Shown piece after piece: positions 37,533 through 46,072 of a stretch of DNA of 64,000 nt. Within the stretch, counting starts at the first letter, position 1. Each line of letters begins with the position of its first letter. The stretch is from Acutalibacteraceae bacterium (GTDB taxonomy: Bacteria > Bacillota > Clostridia > Oscillospirales > Acutalibacteraceae): contig JAZSOH010000025.1 in assembly GCA_045536815.1 (NCBI GenBank), positions 1 through 64,000 of the forward strand. Direction: 5' to 3'. The notes beneath the pieces are model-generated. The model ran no database searches, had not been told where the DNA came from, and saw nothing but the letters and a program-made list of their open reading frames with translations. A program made the position numbers and the translations under genes.

Positions 37533-39107
37533 ATGAAATCTAGTTCTTTAATTAAAAAGCTTCTTGTTGCAATCGCACTTATGCTTTGCGTTGTAATGGC
37601 TTTTTCTGCATGTACTGGTAATAAAACACCTGCTGATAACGACGATACCGACGTTAATCAAGGTCAGGTTGATACTACCGATGATGACGATAAAGACACA
37701 AAAGACGATGCCGACGACAAAGACGATGCCGACGACAAAGACGATAAAGACGATAAAGACGATAAAGACGACAAAGACGACAAGGATGATAAAGACGATA
37801 AAGATGACAACGACGACAAATCATCTAAGCCAAACAAACCCACTAATACTGATGGTATGACAGTTTGGGAGTCTGAAAAGGTTGAAGATATCCTTGCAAA
37901 TATTCCTGAAAAGGTAAAGAAGAAAGAAATTCATATTCTTATGTGGCGTGAATATACCACATCTGAGCAGAAACAGATTGACGATTTCCAGAAAAAGACT
38001 GGTATCAAAATCAGAACTACTCTTACAACCGAGTATGAATATTCAACCAAGCTTATCGCTCTTATCTCTGATAAGGATTCTCCTGACGTTGTAACACTTT
38101 CGTCAATGGAATTCCCCGCACGTGCTACAAAAGCAATGAAGCTTTTGGATCCTGAGGTTTTCCGCCTTGATGACAAAATTTGGAATAAGACTTATATGGA
38201 TGACTTTAGACTTAAAGATAAGTACTATTCTGTAGCTATTACAGGTACATGGTCTGTTGAAGACTGTAACTATCTTTCTATCTATGACAAATCCATTCTT
38301 GCTGACGCAGGTGTAAGCACAATGCCTTACGACCTTTATAAAGCAGGTAAGTGGAACTGGGCAGAGCAACAAAAGATTATGGAAAAGGTTAAGGCTTCGG
38401 GTAAAACTGGTATGACAATTCAGTCTCCTGACCTTTATATGCTTTCCGCCGGTGTTGACTTTGCTGACTACGATCCTGACAAAGCTCAGTTCGTAAGCCT
38501 TCTCGACGATGCTAAAGTTCGTCCTACAATCGAAAGTTCTTGGAAAGCTCTTCAAGAGGCTACAAGTAAAGAACTTATCTATCCTACACTCGACATCTCG
38601 GGTTATAGACAGGGTAAATATGGCTTTATGTCCATCATTTGCTTTACTCTTTATAACCAGGGTGGACATCTTGACGGTGTAGACGGTGGTGTTGCTGATA
38701 TCGAAGCAGTTCCTCTTGCAGGTCCTACTCAGGCTAGCGCTTACGTTCCTGTTCGTGCTAAGACTTGGGGTGTTGCAAAGGGTGCTGATAACGAAGAGGG
38801 TGCAGCATACTTCCTCAGATATTATCTCGACCCCACAACTGTTAATATGGATAGCACATTCTGGCACAAGCAGTTTAAAGAAGTATACAATATCATTACT
38901 AAGAGCAACAAGAAGATTACTCTTGTAGGCTCGGGTGTTACCGACTATAGTAATGGTATCGGTACTTATGACTCAATCTGCTCTGAACTTGCTAATGGTA
39001 CTGTAGGTCAGGCACCTACAATCCTTAATAAGCACAAGGGTAAGATTGGTACATCACTCAAACGTGCTAACAACGTTTTGGAAAGAACCGTTGCTAAAGG
39101 TAAATAA
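37533..39107 (+). CDS. paralogous solute-binding lipoprotein with poly-(D/K) linker
   Basis: About 70% identical to the 35665-37239 product over the core. Linker DDKDDADDKDDKDDKDDKDDKDDKDDKDDKDDNDDK. Confidence 0.7.
   Translation: MKSSSLIKKLLVAIALMLCVVMAFSACTGNKTPADNDDTDVNQGQVDTTDDDDKDTKDDADDKDDADDKDDKDDKDDKDDKDDKDDKDDKDDNDDKSSKPNKPTNTDGMTVWESEKVEDILANIPEKVKKKEIHILMWREYTTSEQKQIDDFQKKTGIKIRTTLTTEYEYSTKLIALISDKDSPDVVTLSSMEFPARATKAMKLLDPEVFRLDDKIWNKTYMDDFRLKDKYYSVAITGTWSVEDCNYLSIYDKSILADAGVSTMPYDLYKAGKWNWAEQQKIMEKVKASGKTGMTIQSPDLYMLSAGVDFADYDPDKAQFVSLLDDAKVRPTIESSWKALQEATSKELIYPTLDISGYRQGKYGFMSIICFTLYNQGGHLDGVDGGVADIEAVPLAGPTQASAYVPVRAKTWGVAKGADNEEGAAYFLRYYLDPTTVNMDSTFWHKQFKEVYNIITKSNKKITLVGSGVTDYSNGIGTYDSICSELANGTVGQAPTILNKHKGKIGTSLKRANNVLERTVAKGK
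37690..37830 (+). repeat. tandem 9-bp repeats (gacgataaa/gacgacaaa) encoding the DDK linker
   Basis: Repeats are visible directly in the sequence. Confidence 0.85.
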
Positions 39108-39798
39108 TTTATAAAAATTTCGGCTTTGTATTGGGAGACACTTCGTAAAGAAGTGCCTCCCAATTTCTTTTATATTATAAATAACACTTTCGATAGATAA
39201 GTGTCATAGTGGGTTATATACATTGAAAATACACCTATCTCAAAGATAAAATATTGTGTGAGAGGACTCACAGTGATATTTTGCCTTACGGCAAAGTGAT
39301 ATTGAAATCTGCGGTTTTAGTTTTAATATATTCGCATAAAAACTGTCCGAAGGACAATATAACGCTGCTTTGCATCATATAACTGCGCAGCAATATAACT
39401 CGCCGATAGGCGAATATAACTGAGTCACACTTTTTTTACAGAGTGTGACTCTTGGCGGGGCCTATTTTTTATTTATGTATCAATTTCCCAATACGTTCGT
39501 AGGGGACATTCACGAATGTCCCGTGAACCGCCGTAAATTTGTACATATTATATTTGTATTATAAATTTCCACGTTTCGCATACAAATAAAATTTTAATAC
39601 ATCGCCAAATTCAAACGGGCGAATCGTGATTCGCCCCTACAACAAATTTATAATAACACACCGTAGGGGACATTCACGTCCCACGCGGTGGGCACCGTCA
39701 CGCGCAACCTAATTGTATGAAATTTAAATTCCGCATCCCGCACCCGTAATTTTATCAATGTTATAATTACACCGTAGGTGCTACTTACGAATTGTTCG

Positions 39799-39886
39799 TA
39801 GCTAACTTTAGGTCTATTTAGCTATCGCGAAGCGATAATTTAGCTACCGTAAGGTTATTTAGCTGCTCCGAAGGAGCAATTTAACT
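39799..39886 (+). promoter_or_regulatory. ATTTAGCT box array (4 boxes, 22/19/22-bp spacing) with variable hairpin spacers
   Basis: Boxes at 39816, 39838, 39857 and 39879. Spacers atcgcgaagcgat, accgtaaggt and gctccgaaggagc are each palindromic. Confidence 0.75.
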
Positions 39887-39893
39887 GTAAATA

Positions 39894-39972
39894 TTTTTTA
39901 CAATTTTTTTGCAAAATTTTGTAAAAAAGATTTACTTTACCTCTTGTTACAATTTTTAAAATGTGTTATTAT
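39894..39972 (+). promoter_or_regulatory. inverted repeat TTTTTTACAA-N15-TTGTAAAAAA plus promoter (TTGTTA-17-TATTAT) of the prs-like gene
   Basis: Read directly in the sequence. The same cassette recurs at 41803-41884. Confidence 0.55.
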
Positions 39973-40004
39973 ATATGTGATGATTTTTTGGAGGTTGATT
40001 TTTA

Positions 40005-41156
40005 GTGGCAACAATAACTTTTAAACATACTCCGTTTGGCGAACTTGCGCTTGTAAGTATGCGTGGCTGTGAGGATATTTCTAAAAGGGTAGATTATTAT
40101 CTTACACAGTGGCGCGAAACCCCCGAAGACCATAGCTTTATAGTTAAAGCTACCTGTCCGCGTTTTGGCTCGGGTGAGGGTAAAGCGGTTTTCAGTCATT
40201 CCGCTAGGGGACTTGACGTATATATTATATGTGACTGCTTTAATCATGGCGTTACATATACAATGTATGGTAAAACCGTTCCTATGAGTCCTGACGACCA
40301 TTATCAAGATTTAAAACGCGTTATCGCATCTTTAGGCGGTAAGGCTAGAAGAATAACTGTTATTATGCCAATGCTTTATGAGGGTAGGCAACACCGCCGC
40401 TCCTCCAGAGAATCTTTAGACTGCGCTATGGCTCTTCAAGAGCTTATAAATATGGGTGTTTCAAATATTATCACTTTTGACGCTCATGACCCAAGGGTAC
40501 AAAACGCTATTCCTCTTGGCGGCTTTGATAATGTTCAGCCTACATATCAAATGATAAAGGCTCTTGTTAAAAACGTACCCGATATTGTTATTAACCGCGA
40601 AAAAACTATGATAGTTTCTCCCGACGAGGGTGGTATGGGCCGTTGTATCTATTATTCTTCGGTTTTAGGGCTCGACCTTGGTATGTTCTATAAACGCCGT
40701 AATTATTCGGTTATTGTTAACGGCCGTAATCCTATCGAGGCTCACGAATGGCTCGGTAAAGACGTTAAGGGTAAAGACCTTATTATTGTAGACGATATGA
40801 TTTCTTCGGGCGACTCAATGCTTGATATTGCTGAGAAGCTCAAGAAAAAAGGTGCAGGCCGTATATTTATCTTCTCAACCTTTGGCCTTTTTGTTGAAGG
40901 TCTTGAAAAGTTTGATGAGTATTATGAAAATGGCCTTATCGATAAGGTGTTCACAACCAATCTTATTTATTCAACCCCCGAACTCAGAAGTAGGGAGTGG
41001 TACTGTAATGTAGACCTCTCTAAATATATTGCCTATTTGGTTGATACCCTCAATTACGATAATTCTATTAGCGATTTGCTTAACCCCGCCGAAAGAATTG
41101 CTAACCTTATGGTAAAACATAATAAAGAACTTGAAGAAAAAGGTATTGCGCATTAG
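40005..41156 (+). CDS. ribose-phosphate pyrophosphokinase (PRPP synthetase) family protein, long divergent form
   Basis: GTG start after GGAGG. Prs motifs RFGSGEG, EGRQHRR, FDAHDP, VSPDEGG, DDMISSGDS. 383 aa versus about 315 aa typical. Confidence 0.7.
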   Translation: MATITFKHTPFGELALVSMRGCEDISKRVDYYLTQWRETPEDHSFIVKATCPRFGSGEGKAVFSHSARGLDVYIICDCFNHGVTYTMYGKTVPMSPDDHYQDLKRVIASLGGKARRITVIMPMLYEGRQHRRSSRESLDCAMALQELINMGVSNIITFDAHDPRVQNAIPLGGFDNVQPTYQMIKALVKNVPDIVINREKTMIVSPDEGGMGRCIYYSSVLGLDLGMFYKRRNYSVIVNGRNPIEAHEWLGKDVKGKDLIIVDDMISSGDSMLDIAEKLKKKGAGRIFIFSTFGLFVEGLEKFDEYYENGLIDKVFTTNLIYSTPELRSREWYCNVDLSKYIAYLVDTLNYDNSISDLLNPAERIANLMVKHNKELEEKGIAH

Positions 41157-41164
41157 CGCAATAC

Positions 41165-41280
41165 CTTTTATAGTTAAATGCGACTATCGTCGCGCTAAAT
41201 AGTCACTTCGTGACAGCTAAATAACTCCTGCGGAGTAGCTAAATTATCGCTACGCGATAGCTAATTTTGTTGAAAAAATT
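41165..41280 (-). promoter_or_regulatory. inverted-orientation box array (AGCTAAAT x5, 21-22-bp spacing) with hairpin spacers
   Basis: Boxes at 41172, 41193, 41215, 41237 and 41259. Spacer hairpins gtcacttcgtgac, actcctgcggagt and tatcgctacgcgata. Confidence 0.7.
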
Positions 41281-41316
41281 ATGCCTCTATTATATAATAA
41301 TGTAAGAGGTGATTTT

Positions 41317-41667
41317 ATGTCTGAAAGTATTATGTTGAATAAGGCGAAAGAACTTGCCGTAAAGGTTATAAAACTTTGCCGTATTATAAGGGAAAAGGAA
41401 AGAGAAACAGTTTTAACGAATCAGTTGCTTAAATCCGGTACGAGTATAGGCGCTAATATACATGAGTCAAAATATGCTCAAAGCAGTGCTGATTTTGTAC
41501 ATAAAATGCAAATAGCTTTAAAAGAATGTTATGAGAGTGAATATTGGCTTGAGCTTATGAATAAATCCGGATATATAGATGATGTAGAGTATAATGATTT
41601 AAATAACGAGTGTGGGCAAATCCGACGTATGCTTATAAGTTCAATAAACACCTTAAAAAACAAATAG
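41317..41667 (+). CDS. four-helix-bundle protein (TIGR02436 / 23S rRNA intervening-sequence protein family, Avd-like)
   Basis: 116 aa. …KSGTSIGANIHESKYAQS…EYWLEL… family pattern. RBS AGAGGTGA. The longer ORF starts at 41281. Confidence 0.7.
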   Translation: MSESIMLNKAKELAVKVIKLCRIIREKERETVLTNQLLKSGTSIGANIHESKYAQSSADFVHKMQIALKECYESEYWLELMNKSGYIDDVEYNDLNNECGQIRRMLISSINTLKNK

Positions 41668-41701
41668 CTTGTTTTTTTCACACTCAGCGTTACTTTGCCG
41701 A

Positions 41702-41884
41702 ATTTAGCTATCGCGTAGCGATAATTTAGCTGACCTTTAGGTCTATTTAGCTATCGCGTAGCGATAATTTCGCTGCCCGTCAGGGCAATTTAGTTGTAAA
41801 TATTTTTTACAAAAAATTTTTTTCAAAATTTTGTAAAAAATATTTACTTTACCTATTGACTTTTTCTTAACGAAGTAGTAGAAT
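41702..41884 (+). promoter_or_regulatory. ATTTAGCT box array (5 boxes) plus inverted repeat (41803-41840) plus promoter TTGACT-17-TAGAAT
   Basis: Boxes at 41702, 41724, 41745, 41767 and 41788. Homologous to 39799-39972. Confidence 0.7.
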
Positions 41885-41966
41885 ATAGTAAAATAAATAG
41901 AATGTGTGTATTATTGTTTGGCTTAATTTTATTTATTATTAAAATTTTTTAGTTGGAGGAATATCA

Positions 41967-44216
41967 ATGAAAAAAATTCTAACAATTTTGCTCACAGTAA
42001 TCCTCGTTGTTTCGGGTTGCTGGGGCGCGCTTACCGCAAGTGCGGCAGGCACAACTGCTTTTGAAACAAGAGCAAATTGGAAGTCCGTAAATGGTGGCGG
42101 TACAATTATTGATACTGCTACTCATAATGATGGACACTTAGGCAACAACTGGGACGATAAATATACGTACGGCGATGGCGGAACTTCTATGGTTCTTCCC
42201 TTTACAAATGTTCACCGTGCAGTATTCATTAAGCTCGAAGGCTTAACTTCCGGTACTAAGTACGAGCTTAGCTTTAAGTACTACATCCCCTCTACCGTTG
42301 CTAGCTACGACGGTGCAGGCCAGGCTATTCTTCACGCTGCTGTTTATAATGAGGGTACAGTTCATTCTAATGGTCGTTTAACCATTAACTCTAAGGCTAG
42401 TGAAAATGCTGTTAGCTTCACCTCTACAACTGGTGAAGATGCAAACGGTGCTCCTATTTGGCAGTATGGTAAGGTTACCTTTACTCAAGGTGCTACAAAC
42501 CTCTACTTCGCAATTAGCCAGGTTACAACTTCTGATAATGCTATGTATCTTGACGATATCAAGGTAACTGAGGCTAACGCAGCAGCTCTTGCTCAGCCTA
42601 ATTCTACTGCTTCTCCTATGGATAAAGATTATAGCGTTAACGCTAGTTGGGCATCATATCATCCTAATCAGGCAAACCAAGCAGCTTATCCTAAAGTATT
42701 AAACGGCACAAGTGGTTGTACTTGGAAGGGTTCTGATGATGCATCTGTTTATCCTGACGGAAATGCAGTTAAATTTGCTTATCCTGATGTTACACTCTTT
42801 ACTCAGGCAACAAAAATCATCAATCTTACTGTTGGTAAAACCTATACTATTAGTTACAAATATATGATTCCTGCTGGTGTAAATTATGGTGGTACTGGCT
42901 ATATTTTCAGAAGAGGTCTTTATCCTGTAAACCAAGGCTATGCTTCAACTTCTACCTATTATCCAAATGATACAGGCGCTTATGTTGCAGGTAAAAATAT
43001 CACAGCCAACACTAACGGTGAATGGCTTACCGAGACAATGACCTTCACAGCTACTGCAACTGAAGCAATGCTTGGTCTTTCATTCCGTTCAGCAGCTGCT
43101 ACTGACGTATATTATATCGCTGATGTTCAGGTTGCTGAACACGGTGCATATAGTGCAGATATGCTCTTCACAAAATATGCTAAATCTACAACCGTTGATG
43201 GTTCTTCTGAACTTCGTGGTGCTTGGCCTTCATCAACAGTTTATCCCGGCGGTCAGGGCAACACATCTTCATACTCTTTCCTCATTTCCGGTGCTGGTAC
43301 ACAGTTCGGTGCTTCTGCTATGAGGCTCAACGGCCTTGCTGCTGGTATGAAGTATAGAGTTAGCTTTAAATATTATATCGGTGATGGCAACGCACCTTCT
43401 GCTGGTGTTCCTTACATTCTTAGCGCAAACGTAGTTAAGAGTGGCGCAGTTTTAAGTGCTCTTGGTTTACCTACAAATAATATTATTTCAACCTCTGCAG
43501 CCAACCTTTTGACAACAGGCGGTACTGATGATGCTGCTGTTTGGAAATCTGCACATGTTGACTTTACTGCTGCTGAAGGCGACAACTTCTTTATCGTTTC
43601 TCAGCGTGTTGGTACTGAAGGCGCAGGCAGAATGATTGACGAAATCGAGGTTACTCCTCTTGCAGTTGAAACCTTTACAGAAAGCAAAGCTGCTGTAAGA
43701 CTTTACCTCAACCAAGACGAGAAAATTGAAGAGAATAAAAAGCCCGGTCTTCGTATCTACAATAAGTTAGACGCTACTTGGGCATCCGCTCTTGACCTTG
43801 TTGAATTTGGTTCAGTTGCTATCAAAGCTTCTAACCTCACAACAAGTCAGCTTTCACTTAACACAGCTGGTGCTATTTCTGGTGTTTCTTACAAAACAAT
43901 CGGCGGTAACACATCACTTATCTGGGCAAAAGATTCTGCTTCTACTACCTTTACTGCATACTTAAGCGGTATCTCTGCTAAGAACTATGGTCAAGACTAT
44001 GTAGTTCGCGCATACGCTAAAGATATTAATGGTAACGTTTACTACGGTGACCAGATTAGCATTTGTATCTACGACGTAGTTAAAACTATCTTCGATACTA
44101 CTTCTACTTGGAACGATGACTGTACAATCGCTCAAGACTTTATCGATGCAGGTAATGCAGCAGCTGAGCTTGACGATTCAGTAGTTACCTATGATGAGTG
44201 GAAAGCAGCACAATAA
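41967..44216 (+). CDS. secreted protein with three tandem CBM-like beta-sandwich repeats and a C-terminal domain of unknown function
   Basis: Signal peptide MKKILTILLTVILVVSGCWGALTASAAG. Three ~170-aa repeats each ending …Y.DDI.V. (LSFKYYIP…YLDDIKVTEA; ISYKYMIP…YIADVQVAEH; VSFKYYIG…IDEIEVTPL). Confidence 0.6.
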   Translation: MKKILTILLTVILVVSGCWGALTASAAGTTAFETRANWKSVNGGGTIIDTATHNDGHLGNNWDDKYTYGDGGTSMVLPFTNVHRAVFIKLEGLTSGTKYELSFKYYIPSTVASYDGAGQAILHAAVYNEGTVHSNGRLTINSKASENAVSFTSTTGEDANGAPIWQYGKVTFTQGATNLYFAISQVTTSDNAMYLDDIKVTEANAAALAQPNSTASPMDKDYSVNASWASYHPNQANQAAYPKVLNGTSGCTWKGSDDASVYPDGNAVKFAYPDVTLFTQATKIINLTVGKTYTISYKYMIPAGVNYGGTGYIFRRGLYPVNQGYASTSTYYPNDTGAYVAGKNITANTNGEWLTETMTFTATATEAMLGLSFRSAAATDVYYIADVQVAEHGAYSADMLFTKYAKSTTVDGSSELRGAWPSSTVYPGGQGNTSSYSFLISGAGTQFGASAMRLNGLAAGMKYRVSFKYYIGDGNAPSAGVPYILSANVVKSGAVLSALGLPTNNIISTSAANLLTTGGTDDAAVWKSAHVDFTAAEGDNFFIVSQRVGTEGAGRMIDEIEVTPLAVETFTESKAAVRLYLNQDEKIEENKKPGLRIYNKLDATWASALDLVEFGSVAIKASNLTTSQLSLNTAGAISGVSYKTIGGNTSLIWAKDSASTTFTAYLSGISAKNYGQDYVVRAYAKDINGNVYYGDQISICIYDVVKTIFDTTSTWNDDCTIAQDFIDAGNAAAELDDSVVTYDEWKAAQ

Positions 44217-44243
44217 TTAACTAATTATAGGAGGGAAATTTCA

Positions 44244-44357
44244 ATGAAAAAATATAATGCACCTGAGTTTGAAATCAAAGAGCCTAAATTAGTTAACATG
44301 ATGCTTGATTTAGGCGAAATCGGTTCCGATACCGAGCTCGACTTTGATGAAGAATAA
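44244..44357 (+). CDS. candidate 37-aa acidic small peptide
   Basis: MKKYNAPEFEIKEPKLVNMMLDLGEIGSDTELDFDEE. GGAGGG RBS 9 nt upstream. Shorter than the ORF-track cutoff. Confidence 0.35.
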   Translation: MKKYNAPEFEIKEPKLVNMMLDLGEIGSDTELDFDEE

Positions 44358-45290
44358 TTAATAAAACTTCGGCTTTGTATTGGGAGCTACTTCGTATAGA
44401 AGAAGCTCCCAATTTTTTTATTTTATAAATAACACTTTCGGTAGATAAGTATCATAGTTGGTTATATACCTTGAAAAAACACCTATCTCAAAGATAAAAC
44501 CTAGTAGTGTTATTGTGTGAGAGGTCTCACAAAGATATTTTCCTTACGGCAAAGTGATATTGAAATCTGCAGTTTTAGTTTTAATATATTCGCATAAAAA
44601 CTGTCCAAAGGACAATATAACGATGCTTAGTATCATATAACTGCGTAGCAATATAACTCGCCGACAGGCGAATATAACTGAGTCACACTTCATTACGGAG
44701 TGTGACTCTTGGCGGGGCCGATTTTTTTATTTATATATCAATTCCCAATATGTCCGTAGGGGACATTCATGTCCCACGCGGTGGGCGACGCCACGCGTAA
44801 CCTAATTGTATGAAATTTAAATTCCGCTTCCCGCGCCCGTAATTTTATCAATGTTATAATTACACCGTAGGGGCTACTTACGAATCGCCCGTAATGTGAA
44901 CCGTCGTAAATTTGTACATATTATATTTGTGTTATAAATTTACGCGTTTCGCATACGAATAAAATTTTAATACACCGCCAAATTCAAACGGGCGAATCGT
45001 GATTCGCCCCTACAACAAACTTATAATCACACCGTAGGGGACATTCACGTCCCACGCGGTGGGCGCCGCCACGCGCAACCTAATTGTATGAAATTTAAAT
45101 TCCGCATCCCGCGCCCGTAATTTTATCAATGTTATAATTACACCGTAGGGGCTACTTACGAATCGCCCGTAACCAACCTTCAGGTCAATTTAGTTGCTTA
45201 AAGCAATAATAATTTTATAATTGTTATTGCTTTAAGCTGTTTTTTTTGATATAATTATAATGTAAATCTATATTATTTTTTTCGAGGTGT
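44358..45290 (+). repeat. ORF-free hairpin-dense ~0.9-kb element, copy B
   Basis: Collinear with copy A, with an extra ~140-bp unit duplication (44752-44895 and 45032-45170). Bounded by terminators at 44380-44424 and 45196-45250. Internal TGTTATAAT extended -10-like boxes. Confidence 0.85.
45196..45250 (+). terminator. strong rho-independent terminator ending repeat B
   Basis: gcttaaagcaataa…ttattgctttaagc 14-bp stem followed by T8. Confidence 0.8.
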
Positions 45291-45295
45291 TTAAA

Positions 45296-46072
45296 ATGGC
45301 AAAAGTTACTTTACTGGCGTATACACCAAGTCCCGAACATACTATTGCCGCGGCGGCAAAACTTTGTTATTCTTCTTCAGATATCGGCACATTAACCGAA
45401 GGCCTTACCGATGAAAAAGCGGCTTCTTTTGTTGAGATGCTCGCTGAAATCGGTCACGAAAGTCCTATTGAACATGCTTCATTTACCTTTGGTATTGAAG
45501 GTGTTTCAAGGTCGCTTTTGGCACAAATTACAAGACATAGAATAGCGTCATATTCAGTTCAAAGCCAAAGATATGTTAAAGAGAATAATTTTAGCTTTGT
45601 AACTCCGCCTGAGGTTTCGGCCGAGCCTGAGGCATTAAAGGAATTTGAAGCGGCTATGAAGGCGGCTGAAGATTCTTATCATAAGATTGCAGAAATTTTG
45701 TCGGATAAATACGTAAAAGAATATTTGGCAGAGGGTAAAGATGAAAAAACGGCAAAGAGAATGGCCGAAAAACGCGCTATTGAAGATGCCAGATTCGTTT
45801 TACCTAATGCCTGTGAAACAAAAATGGTTATGACAATTAACGCTAGAAGCCTTATGAACTTCTTCCGCCATCGCTGTTGTAATCGCGCACAGTGGGAAAT
45901 TCGTGCCGTAGCCGACCAAATGCTTTCCCTTGTTTTAAAGGTTGCACCCGAGCTTTTCAAAAAAGCGGGTCCACCTTGTGTAAGCGGCGCCTGTCCTGAG
46001 GGCAAAATGTCTTGCGGTTTGGCGAAAGAAATGAAAGAAAAATACTTGAACTTAAGAAACGGTGAAAAGTAA
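45296..46072 (+). CDS. thyX: flavin-dependent thymidylate synthase
   Basis: ThyX motif [24 protein letters not shown]. Confidence 0.85.
   Translation: MAKVTLLAYTPSPEHTIAAAAKLCYSSSDIGTLTEGLTDEKAASFVEMLAEIGHESPIEHASFTFGIEGVSRSLLAQITRHRIASYSVQSQRYVKENNFSFVTPPEVSAEPEALKEFEAAMKAAEDSYHKIAEILSDKYVKEYLAEGKDEKTAKRMAEKRAIEDARFVLPNACETKMVMTINARSLMNFFRHRCCNRAQWEIRAVADQMLSLVLKVAPELFKKAGPPCVSGACPEGKMSCGLAKEMKEKYLNLRNGEK

Larger units (their letters stand above)
39108..40004 (+). repeat. ORF-free hairpin-dense ~0.9-kb element, copy A (paralog of 44358-45290)
   Basis: Begins with terminator hairpin (39131-39172). Contains GTGATATT x2, ATATAACT x4 and ATTTAGCT x4 box arrays, two or three ccgtaggggacattcacg… units and the prs promoter cassette. 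No ORF of 60 aa or more on any frame. Confidence 0.85.

Noticed and set aside
39799-41795. Box-plus-spacer arrays considered as CRISPR arrays.
   Set aside because: Repeats are only 8-14 bp. Spacers are 11-13-bp palindromes, not unique protospacer-like sequences. Periodicity is ~21 bp. No cas genes.
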